Shown here in pieces: positions 8,118-16,948 of a stretch of 64,000 nt of DNA. The DNA comes from Candidatus Zhuqueibacterota bacterium (GTDB lineage: Bacteria; Zhuqueibacterota; Zhuqueibacteria; Residuimicrobiales; Oceaniaggregativiventaceae): the NCBI GenBank assembly GCA_014728115.1, contig WJME01000070.1, positions 2,448 to 66,447 on the forward strand, given 5' to 3'. The position numbers were made by a program, and so were the translations under genes. Positions within the stretch are counted from its first letter, which is position 1, and each line of letters starts with the position of its first letter. The notes beneath the pieces are model-generated. The model saw nothing but the letters and a program-made list of their open reading frames with translations. It did not search any database and was not told the DNA's origin.

Positions 8118-11100
8118 ATGCAAAAATGGGTTCTTTTGCTTTTCATCGTTTGCAATGCCTTTTGTTGGTCGAATGATAATGATTGGCTTCAGGTGGATTA
8201 CAGTCGACAGGACGGTGGATATTATGACGTCAACCCCAATGATGCGCTGGGCGAAATCTATCAGATATATGCCATTCAACGGTTTCCTGAGGCTGATTCA
8301 ATAGTGGGATATTTGAATTCCGATTTTATCGAGAACAATCCGGTTCAAAATCAAATCCTTACCTTTACCATAGAAAACCATGTACCCCAGGTAGATTATT
8401 ATGTGTTGCATATCTGGCGCGATTTTGGAGAATGGCGTGAGGAATACTTTATCGAATTCGAGGATGGCCAAACGGTTCTAATCCACGATTCAAATGATTA
8501 TGACACCTATTTCCCAAATGGAATCGACTATAGTCATCAATTGTGGGACGGTGAGTTGGGAGAGTATTGTACCCCGGAAGTCGGCTATGATGATGATGGA
8601 GATCTGGAATATGCAATTGTAATACTGAATCGGGCCACTAGAGTGCATGATGAGCTCGATTTCCCCTTGCTAGATGCCGTTGCCCTGGATCCCACAACGA
8701 TATGTGCCCTTTGGGATGACACCCTGGAAACCGAGACCGGTTACAAACTCTTGTACAAAAAATGGAGCCACGCCACACAGGAATGGGCAACCGAAAGCAC
8801 GATTACACTGCCTGCGGATATGAGTGGATATTGTATCAATGGCGTCGATCCTTCCAGTCTTTATCTATTAAAATGTTATCCCTTGGGAGTATCGGATGCC
8901 GATACGCTGATCAATATGGTTCAGACCTTTGACCTGCAGGATCCGTCGGAAATGGAATATTTACATCATTTGCCTTGCGGGCAGGTATCGAGCATTGGGA
9001 GTCACAATGGATTGTTAGCATACGCATTCGTTTACGGGTGGCAACATGATTCTTTTACCCATTATTATGACTATTTATTGATCAAACGAGAAAACGGCAC
9101 CTTTACGCTGACTGAACTGTACCGCTCAGAGGACCCGAATCATGTTTTCATCACAGATGTGGCGGTTTCGGATCATTCGGTTTATGTCAGCCATACGCTG
9201 AATTCCATTTTAAAGGTAGACTTGCCGGATGATGCGACACTTGTCAAACAGAATCTGAGCTGCGATTTTCAGGACGGATTTGTCAAGGACATGGAAAGCC
9301 GTAACGGCGATATTTATATGGCTATCAAGTATCGGGACTATCTCCTGGGAGGGAACCGGCCCTGTCTGGGAATATTGGACCCTGCAACGGACCAGGTAAC
9401 CCTGCATACCCATCCGGATATCGCAAGTGGCTGTGATCTCGTAACCTCGGGCGAGACCATGATTTACCTTGCCGAAAATTTCATCGATAATTCGGGCAAC
9501 GCCTATAACAGCCGTGTCGTCTATTTCAGACCCAACGGTGACCCGGAATTGCCTATCGCTCCTTTACCACATCTGAGCGCGCAATCAGGCATCACGGATA
9601 TGGCGGTCAATCCGGTCACGGCTGAACTGGTCTATTTTTCTCCTGTCTATGGACTCTGGGGAGAGTATAACAATGATTACAACAATGAGCTCGTTTTGCC
9701 GGCAGGATTTTCAGGTGCCACCCCCATAAACATCCATTTTAACGAATCAGGCGTTCTGTTTATGACGCATCAAAACAAATTGAGTGTGGCCTCCACCCCG
9801 GATGCCTTTCAGACCATCACCACGGCAAGTCTTCCCAACTGGACAGAGCAGACATTTAACGCGGCCGATCTGGGAGTGAGGGGGCTGGTGGCTGCATCTG
9901 TATTGACCCTTCCCTCACCCGATGACCTGCTCTTGATCGGTGCGGCTTTGGTATTTACCGAGATTGCGGCAATCTCCTCTTCCTCATTGCATGATCTAGA
10001 GTTTTATTATCCGGACTATTATCTGGGCACGGCCAACTATTTTTTCAATAAAGAAACCGTGGTCAAAGAAGCTGTCGAGACCTATCGCGTCGGGTCGCTC
10101 AGATGGCTGCTGCGTCATTGCGATTTTCTCATGGAAGATGATCCCGAGCCCGAAGACGACCCCAAACCCTTTCCCGTTCCATGGCCGCAACCCAGGACAT
10201 ACCCTCCCCGCCTTTCTGAAAAAGAGTGCCAGATCGATGATCCGGCATTTACATCGAGCTTTTATTCGTTTGATCAATACTATAACATGGTCATCAACAG
10301 TATGCCCCCGTTTGATGCCATAACCTGTGCAAACCGGGAATGCATCGGTGCCCTTTTTAGCAGATTTATCCTTGTCGAGCTTAAAACATCCTCCACCCCA
10401 AAAACATACCAATGTTATGTGACGCATCCCCTCACCTTTGAAAACATGAATTCGATCTCGATGTCAACTATTCAGCAATTGTTTCAAAGCAAGCCGGATT
10501 GCTATACCACCAATATTTACACCGGATGGATTTCTTATGGGCCATGGCGACGATGGGATCCCCTTTCACCCCACGAAACACATTATTTTTATATGACCGA
10601 CAGTGACTGGGGTCCTGAACCCTTTGGAAAACAGACAGAATTGTTGGATTTTGAACTTTATATAAAAATGGATGAGTTCATAAAATCAAAACCCTACCTG
10701 TCATGGAATCAATTTTATATCGCTACCCCTAATCCGATGCCCGGACATGGGTCAAATACGTTTCATCCGAATATGCCGGAATCGTCCGAGCTGTTCCAGG
10801 ATGGATCTGTTGCCCTGAAAGGATTGGACAGAGGACAATGGATAACAGATAGCATTAAAAGAGAAATGTATATTTACCAATATTTTAAAGATCCGGCGCT
10901 GAGAAGAAAAGTCGAGTACAAATTCGATCCCATTTCTTCGCTTCTTGTTCATGCGATAAGCGAAACCCCTCTTAATACTTTGGCATTTTACAATGGGGTA
11001 ATGGCCTGTAACGAACAACTTTTTGCTTATGAACCCATTACAGCTGAATTTGATCCGGATCCAATATATACCCACGGTCAGCTTTTGGGCGGGGCAGCCG

Positions 11101-12650
11101 CATTATGGGCCGGGACGCTTGTGGCGCTGGATGGCAAGCCCCTTCATATCACCAACAATTCCGGTCACTATCGGCCCGGGAAACTCTATATGGACAATAT
11201 CGCTCAAGTATTTACAAAAAACGGTTGGCCGGAAATATCCAGAGAAACGACCCCCGGCAGCCCGTTTATCAAGATCCATTTCAATGATCGTCAGAGTCAC
11301 ATACAATCTGAATCCTTTTGCCATTTTGGTACAACCGGCACCAGCCTGGCAAAAACCGCTACCACCCAGGCAACAGAGAATACAACGCTTGTTTTAACCA
11401 CAAGGTTGTTCGATGCCCATGATTCCACATTTGCGACTGATCTTCAAATCCGTACGAGTGACAATACAGTGATCGATCCGATAGAGGTCACCTCTGATCA
11501 TTTTGCGTCATTTGAACTTCCCTTTTCCTCTTTAAGGGAAAGCGGGTTTCATTTTCAGGGTCAAATCGACATAGATCCGGTCTATGCATGGCCGGATATT
11601 CAAATCTATGATTACCCGGCAGCCGGTCAGGATACCGTAACGATTGTCAAGGATTACCTGCGACTGATCCTGGATCCGGGGATCTCTGCTCAGGATCAAT
11701 CGATCTGTATTTTCAAGCAAGGTCCCGAAACCTATGGTGAATCAGAGGTCGGTCGACGTTATAATTTTCTTACCCAGATCGTTGCGGAAAATGAGCTTTC
11801 CGCGACTCTGCAGTTCGCATATACGCACAATGAAGAACTGAATCCGGATGAACGCACGGGTATATTTTACAGAAATGAAACCACAGGATGGAGTGAAATC
11901 CCTTCGTCATTTGATGACACAGGAACCGTTCTTGAATCTCACATCTCACAATCAGGGACCTTTGCCATGTTCGTCGTGTCCGACGTATCGGGCGATATGC
12001 AAAACACCCTGATCTCCGTCCGTGCAATGCTTGAGGGAGCCTTTGATTCAGCGACAGGAGCAATGTCAACAGCCCTGGTGAATGGCAATAGCCTTCCCTA
12101 TGATTCACCCTATGACGAGTCCTGTGCCGGATTCGAGGGGCTCCCCGACTCGCTCGTGGATTGGGTGTACCTGGAGCTGTCAAGCGATCCCGATAACACA
12201 CCGGTATGGCAATCCAGTATGTTCATTGGTAAAAACGGCTGGCTTTGTACGCCCAATGGCAACGAGTGGTTCGTACCGGACATCCCCCCAGGGGATTACT
12301 GGCTTCAGCTACACCATCGGAACCATCTTTCCGTGTGCAGCTCGGCCCCGCTTGCTTTGAGGTCAGAAGGTTCGGTGCATTACTCATTCATCGAGAGCGG
12401 GGATCGGTATGCTCCAGATACTCCCGCAACACAAACGGCTTCGGGAGAGTGGTGTCTGATCGGCGGAGATATCGACGGCGACGGCTCTGTGACCACCCGC
12501 GATTACGTCCGCATTTATAACCAGATATTACTCGAAACAAAGCCGCCCTACACCTCAGCGGATGTAAACATGGATGGATCGGTGGATGCACAGGATATGA
12601 CGATCTGGCGAGAAAATGCCCGGGACGGTTTCAGGAACAATACTCCCTGA
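8118..12650 (+). CDS. 1510-aa secreted multidomain protein of unknown function: FN3-like, beta-propeller-like, an unassigned ~450-aa core, an Ig-like region, an HRNHL-motif domain and a dockerin-like tail
   Basis: Signal peptide MQKWVLLLFIVCNAFCWS. The FN3-like segment is LDPTTICALWDDTLETETGYKLLYKKW...YCINGVDPSSLYLLKCYPL. Blade-like repeats include ITDVAVSDHSVYVS, NGDIYMAIKY and ITDMAVNPVTAELVYFS. The C-terminal segment VRAMLEGAFDS...LVDWVYLELSS...GDYWLQLHHRNHLSVCS is followed by two Ca-binding dockerin/EF-hand-like loops, GDIDGDGSVTTRDY and ADVNMDGSVDAQDM. Confidence 0.8.
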   Translation: MQKWVLLLFIVCNAFCWSNDNDWLQVDYSRQDGGYYDVNPNDALGEIYQIYAIQRFPEADSIVGYLNSDFIENNPVQNQILTFTIENHVPQVDYYVLHIWRDFGEWREEYFIEFEDGQTVLIHDSNDYDTYFPNGIDYSHQLWDGELGEYCTPEVGYDDDGDLEYAIVILNRATRVHDELDFPLLDAVALDPTTICALWDDTLETETGYKLLYKKWSHATQEWATESTITLPADMSGYCINGVDPSSLYLLKCYPLGVSDADTLINMVQTFDLQDPSEMEYLHHLPCGQVSSIGSHNGLLAYAFVYGWQHDSFTHYYDYLLIKRENGTFTLTELYRSEDPNHVFITDVAVSDHSVYVSHTLNSILKVDLPDDATLVKQNLSCDFQDGFVKDMESRNGDIYMAIKYRDYLLGGNRPCLGILDPATDQVTLHTHPDIASGCDLVTSGETMIYLAENFIDNSGNAYNSRVVYFRPNGDPELPIAPLPHLSAQSGITDMAVNPVTAELVYFSPVYGLWGEYNNDYNNELVLPAGFSGATPINIHFNESGVLFMTHQNKLSVASTPDAFQTITTASLPNWTEQTFNAADLGVRGLVAASVLTLPSPDDLLLIGAALVFTEIAAISSSSLHDLEFYYPDYYLGTANYFFNKETVVKEAVETYRVGSLRWLLRHCDFLMEDDPEPEDDPKPFPVPWPQPRTYPPRLSEKECQIDDPAFTSSFYSFDQYYNMVINSMPPFDAITCANRECIGALFSRFILVELKTSSTPKTYQCYVTHPLTFENMNSISMSTIQQLFQSKPDCYTTNIYTGWISYGPWRRWDPLSPHETHYFYMTDSDWGPEPFGKQTELLDFELYIKMDEFIKSKPYLSWNQFYIATPNPMPGHGSNTFHPNMPESSELFQDGSVALKGLDRGQWITDSIKREMYIYQYFKDPALRRKVEYKFDPISSLLVHAISETPLNTLAFYNGVMACNEQLFAYEPITAEFDPDPIYTHGQLLGGAAALWAGTLVALDGKPLHITNNSGHYRPGKLYMDNIAQVFTKNGWPEISRETTPGSPFIKIHFNDRQSHIQSESFCHFGTTGTSLAKTATTQATENTTLVLTTRLFDAHDSTFATDLQIRTSDNTVIDPIEVTSDHFASFELPFSSLRESGFHFQGQIDIDPVYAWPDIQIYDYPAAGQDTVTIVKDYLRLILDPGISAQDQSICIFKQGPETYGESEVGRRYNFLTQIVAENELSATLQFAYTHNEELNPDERTGIFYRNETTGWSEIPSSFDDTGTVLESHISQSGTFAMFVVSDVSGDMQNTLISVRAMLEGAFDSATGAMSTALVNGNSLPYDSPYDESCAGFEGLPDSLVDWVYLELSSDPDNTPVWQSSMFIGKNGWLCTPNGNEWFVPDIPPGDYWLQLHHRNHLSVCSSAPLALRSEGSVHYSFIESGDRYAPDTPATQTASGEWCLIGGDIDGDGSVTTRDYVRIYNQILLETKPPYTSADVNMDGSVDAQDMTIWRENARDGFRNNTP

Positions 12651-12892
12651 ATAGATATTTTTACCCGTCGACGAACCATCGGGTCCTCCGACTAAACAGG
12701 TGAACTTTTTTCAATGCGGTGCAGGCAGCAGGACCGATCCTCTTGCTTGCACCGAATATCTGACCAGCTTTTCGCCTTCTTTTTGATATCATGGGCACCT
12801 TTTTGGTGGATCGTTTTACTTTTTTTCCGGGGGAAATTGTCTTATATTTAAGAGATCAGCAATTCGTCTTTTCCTAATCAGGAGGTGCGCCC

Positions 12893-14311
12893 ATGAATCG
12901 CCGACAATTTTTACACACTCTGGCCGTGACCGGAGCCGGTTCGTTTCTGTATTGCAATCCGTTTCAATCGCAAAAATCCGCAAAGCCCAATATCATCTAT
13001 ATCATGGCCGATGATCTGGGTTATGGCGACCTGAGCTGTTATGGCCAGGAAAAGATCAAAACGCCGAACATCGACAGGCTGGCACAGCAGGGCATCCGCT
13101 TTACCGACTGTTATGCCGGCGCCACGGTGTGTGCGCCGTCGCGCAGTGTGCTGATGACCGGCCAGCATACCGGCCATACCCGGGTGCGTGGCAACTTTGC
13201 CAGAGAAGGCGGGACTCTGGGCTACAAGAACGGCCAGCCCAGACGGCGGCTGAACCTGTTTGAAGAGGATACCACCGTGGCCGATGTGCTGCGATCTGCC
13301 GGATATCGCACCTGCCTGGTGGGCAAGTGGCATATCGGCGGATATAATCCAGATGCCGGCCCACTGGATCGCGGCTTTGACGAATTTTACGGCAGCCTGA
13401 CCCTGACCTCTGATCAACACAAGCCTGCCTACTGGCCGCCGGTATGGTACCACAACCGGGACATGGTCGAGATACCTCAGAATCAAGACGGACAAAAAGG
13501 CTATTACCGCACTGACATGAACACCGATCTGGCCATCCAGTTTATAGAAAAACAACAGGATCAACCGTTCTTTCTCTATCTCGCCTATTCCAATCCGCAC
13601 AGTCCCTATGATGCACCGGATCTTGGACCGTATGCGGACAAGGAGTGGCCATTGGAAGAGAAAACCTATGCCGCCATGATCCACACCCTCGATCAATGCG
13701 TAGGCCGGGTGTTGCGAACGCTGGAGGATCAACATCTCGACGAGAATACCATCGTCTTTTTCTGCTCTGATAATGGTCCGCGCTCTGAAGGCACTGAAGT
13801 ACAGACGCGTGTGGTGGAATTTTTCGATTCAAACGGATCTTTGCAGGGCTATAAACGGGACATGACCGAAGGCGGCATCCGTGTTCCCATGATCGTACGC
13901 TGGTCAGACCAGATCCCGGCCGGAAAGACCAGCACCCTGCCCTGGTATTTTGCTGATTTTCTGCCCACAGCCGCAGCACTGGCCGGAGCAGCCCCGCCCG
14001 AAAACATCGACGGTATGGATGTTACCCCCTGGTTCGAAAATCCAGCCAAAGACGAACCCGAACGTTATCTGTATTGGGAATTTTTCGGACGCGGCTTTCA
14101 ACAGGCGCTGCGCTGGAAACAGTGGAAAGCCATCCGGCTGGCTCCGGATCAGGCGTTGCAGCTGTATAATCTGTCGACAGATTTGGGCGAAGAAAACGAT
14201 ATCGCCGGGCAGTACCCGGATATCGTACAGCAGATCGAGAATTATCTGACAGCCGCAAGAACAGACTCGCCCCACTGGCCGGTCGAGTCCGTTAACCAAC
14301 CCGGTGAGTAA
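12893..14311 (+). CDS. Cys-type sulfatase (arylsulfatase A family) with a Tat-like leader
   Basis: Leader MNRRQFLHTLAVTGAGSFL. Sulfatase signature PNIIYIMADDLGYGDLSCYG and formylglycine motif CAPSRSVLMTGQ (CxPxR). Confidence 0.9.
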   Translation: MNRRQFLHTLAVTGAGSFLYCNPFQSQKSAKPNIIYIMADDLGYGDLSCYGQEKIKTPNIDRLAQQGIRFTDCYAGATVCAPSRSVLMTGQHTGHTRVRGNFAREGGTLGYKNGQPRRRLNLFEEDTTVADVLRSAGYRTCLVGKWHIGGYNPDAGPLDRGFDEFYGSLTLTSDQHKPAYWPPVWYHNRDMVEIPQNQDGQKGYYRTDMNTDLAIQFIEKQQDQPFFLYLAYSNPHSPYDAPDLGPYADKEWPLEEKTYAAMIHTLDQCVGRVLRTLEDQHLDENTIVFFCSDNGPRSEGTEVQTRVVEFFDSNGSLQGYKRDMTEGGIRVPMIVRWSDQIPAGKTSTLPWYFADFLPTAAALAGAAPPENIDGMDVTPWFENPAKDEPERYLYWEFFGRGFQQALRWKQWKAIRLAPDQALQLYNLSTDLGEENDIAGQYPDIVQQIENYLTAARTDSPHWPVESVNQPGE

Positions 14312-14391
14312 TATTCGTTAACGGACTTTTTGTCCCGGTAATTTCTGCACTGTAAACAACAGGCCCAATTTGCATTCATATTGAGGCGAAA

Positions 14392-15774
14392 ATGGCAAAC
14401 CTGTCGCGAAGACAATTTTTATATCAAGCCGCCATACTGGCAGGGAATTCTCTCCTGTCGCGACGAGCGCGCGCCGGGAGTTTTCCATCCACAAAGCCCA
14501 ATATCATCCTCTGTATGAGCGATGACCAGGGCTGGGGAGATGTGGGGTATAACGACCATCCGGAATTGCGATCGCCGAATCTCGACGATATGGCACTGCA
14601 GGGAATCCGCTTTGAGCGCTTCTACTCTGGCGCACCGGTCTGCTCGCCTACCCGTGGCAGCTGTCTGACAGGCCGGCATCCTTATCGCTATGGTATTTTT
14701 TATGCCAATTCCGGACATGTTAAACAAGCCGAAATAACTCTTGCCGAAGCGCTCAAGACACTGGGTTATCGAACCGGTCACTTTGGCAAATGGCATCTTG
14801 GTACACTCACCCACAAAATCAAAGACTCGAATCGCGGTGCCCCGGGCAATACAGAGCATTATGCTCCGCCCTGGGATCACGGGTTTGACGTATGCTTTTC
14901 AACAGAAGCCAAAATTCCCACCTACTGGCACGCAGATACCTATGAATCATATGGCACATATTACTGGACGGGTCCTGAAGAAAAAGTACCGGAAACAGAC
15001 ATCCTCGGAGATGACTCGACATTGATCATGGACCGCGCCTTGCCGTTCATCCGCGATGCAGCCCGGGACCATTTACCATTTCTCGCTGTGATCTGGTTTC
15101 ATGCCCCCCATCTGCCGGTAGCGTCGGCAGCGCCCTATACCGATGGCTATACGAAACATAAAGACTATTATGGCTGTATCACGGCTATGGACGAGCAGAT
15201 GGGACGTTTGCGCAATGATCTGCAGCAGCTGGGAATCGAGGATAATACCATGATTTGGTTCTGCAGCGATAATGGTCCGGAAGGAAACGATCAGGCGCCA
15301 GGGCTGACAAAGGGATTGAGAGGCCGTAAACGCAGTTTGTATGAAGGCGGTATCCGCGTGCCCGGTCTTTTGGTATGGCCGGCAAAAATTAAGACAAACC
15401 GGGTGGTCAGGATGCCTTGCAGCACAAATGACTATTTTCCCACGGTCATGGATATACTTGGATACAAAATACCGGAAACAGACATTCGGCCATATGACGG
15501 AGAAAGTCTCTGGCCTCTGCTAAACAGAAACATGGACGAGCGACCTCGCCCCATCGGATTTCAATCCCGGGATCAACTGGCCTTGATCGATAATCGCTAC
15601 AAACTGTATAGCCCGGACCGCGGGCAAACCTATGAACTGTATGACCTGATCAAAGATCCCGCAGAGAAAAATGATTTAATCGAGCAAGAGCCTCTTGTCG
15701 CAAAAAAGATGCAAGCCCGTTTGCAGGACTGGCTGCAATCATGCCGGGAGAGCTTGCAAGGTAAAGATTATTGA
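14392..15774 (+). CDS. Cys-type sulfatase with a Tat-like leader
   Basis: Leader MANLSRRQFLYQAAILAGNSLLSRRARA. Motifs PNIILCMSDDQGWGDVGY and CSPTRGSCLTGRHP (CxPxR). Confidence 0.9.
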   Translation: MANLSRRQFLYQAAILAGNSLLSRRARAGSFPSTKPNIILCMSDDQGWGDVGYNDHPELRSPNLDDMALQGIRFERFYSGAPVCSPTRGSCLTGRHPYRYGIFYANSGHVKQAEITLAEALKTLGYRTGHFGKWHLGTLTHKIKDSNRGAPGNTEHYAPPWDHGFDVCFSTEAKIPTYWHADTYESYGTYYWTGPEEKVPETDILGDDSTLIMDRALPFIRDAARDHLPFLAVIWFHAPHLPVASAAPYTDGYTKHKDYYGCITAMDEQMGRLRNDLQQLGIEDNTMIWFCSDNGPEGNDQAPGLTKGLRGRKRSLYEGGIRVPGLLVWPAKIKTNRVVRMPCSTNDYFPTVMDILGYKIPETDIRPYDGESLWPLLNRNMDERPRPIGFQSRDQLALIDNRYKLYSPDRGQTYELYDLIKDPAEKNDLIEQEPLVAKKMQARLQDWLQSCRESLQGKDY

Positions 15775-15907
15775 ATCGCATTTTTCTATTTTCGCCAAAA
15801 TAAAAGTTGGATATTCCCGAGCAAAAAAATCCTTTTCAAACCGTATACGGATTTGTATATTCCATTTCAGGCTCTGCATTTCCTAACACAATTAAAGAGG
15901 TAGAAAT

Positions 15908-16897
15908 ATGAAGACGTATCATCCATCTGTGAACAATCTTTCACGGCGAGAGTTTGTTGCCGGTACAGCGGCCATGGCAGCATTAAGTATGGCGCCCAAA
16001 TGGAGCCGGGCACAGGCAAAGCCCGATTCCAGGTTCGAGGGCGTTCAAATCGGTGCTATCACCTACAGTTTCCGCAGCATGCCCGGATCGGCACAGGATC
16101 TGCTCAACTATTGCATCGAATGTGGCATCAGTTCAGTAGAGCTCATGGGCGGACCAGCAGAAGCCTTTGCCGGTGCACCCGAATTTGAAGGGCTTTCCAG
16201 ACCCAGGGGCGCTCAGGCCACGGAAGAGGCGCTCGCCGCCTATAATGAAAAACGCCGTGAACAACAGGAAATCCTGAGCGAGTGGCGCCAGACGGTTTCG
16301 ATGGACAAATACGCTGAATTGCGCAAAATGTACAATGATGCAGGGGTGGGAATCCATATCGTCAAGCTCGGCGATATTAATGGCAATATGCCCACAGAAG
16401 AGATCGAATACTGTTTCAATGTCGCCCGAACCCTGGGCGCCAGGGGCATCACCACGGAAATTTCAGAGGATAAAGCCAAAGCCCTGGGCCCCCATGCGGA
16501 CAAGCATGAAATCATGATCGGGTTCCATAATCACACTCAGGTCGATGCCTCCAGCTGGGAAAAACCGTTTTCATATGGCAAATACCTGGCGATGAATTTC
16601 GATATCGGACACTATGTGGCCGGAACCAACGAATCTCCCCTGCCGATCATCGAACGATACGCAGCCGAAAACCGCATCCTGAGCCTGCACATCAAGGATC
16701 GCAAGGTCAATAACGGACCGAATATGCCGCTCGGTATGGGCGATACCCCGGTGGCGCTGGTTCTACAGTGGATGAAAAAGAACAATGCCTCTTTTCCGGC
16801 AGATATCGAACTAGAATACTCGATTCCAGAAGGCTCGAATGCCGTCAAAGAGGTCAAAAAATGTGTGTACTATTGCAAGAACGTTCTCATGGCCTAA
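15908..16897 (+). CDS. Xylose-isomerase-like TIM-barrel (sugar phosphate isomerase/epimerase family) protein with a Tat leader
   Basis: Leader LSRREFVAGTAAMAALSMAPKWSRAQA. The body carries HNH...FDIGH...LHIKD metal-ligand-like spacing typical of the AP_endonuc_2/XI-like fold. A 10-bp palindrome, CCGTATACGG, lies about 55 nt upstream (around 15841-15850). Confidence 0.7.
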   Translation: MKTYHPSVNNLSRREFVAGTAAMAALSMAPKWSRAQAKPDSRFEGVQIGAITYSFRSMPGSAQDLLNYCIECGISSVELMGGPAEAFAGAPEFEGLSRPRGAQATEEALAAYNEKRREQQEILSEWRQTVSMDKYAELRKMYNDAGVGIHIVKLGDINGNMPTEEIEYCFNVARTLGARGITTEISEDKAKALGPHADKHEIMIGFHNHTQVDASSWEKPFSYGKYLAMNFDIGHYVAGTNESPLPIIERYAAENRILSLHIKDRKVNNGPNMPLGMGDTPVALVLQWMKKNNASFPADIELEYSIPEGSNAVKEVKKCVYYCKNVLMA

Positions 16898-16948
16898 ATC
16901 ATCATAGAGAGGCTACCTGGCCTCTTTTCAAAAAAAATATCTCTTAAT

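Noticed and set aside
12911-14299. Antisense or alternative ORFs within the first sulfatase gene (for example 12911..13735, 274 aa)
   Set aside because: The + strand frame has unambiguous sulfatase motifs (CAPSR). The others are shadows.
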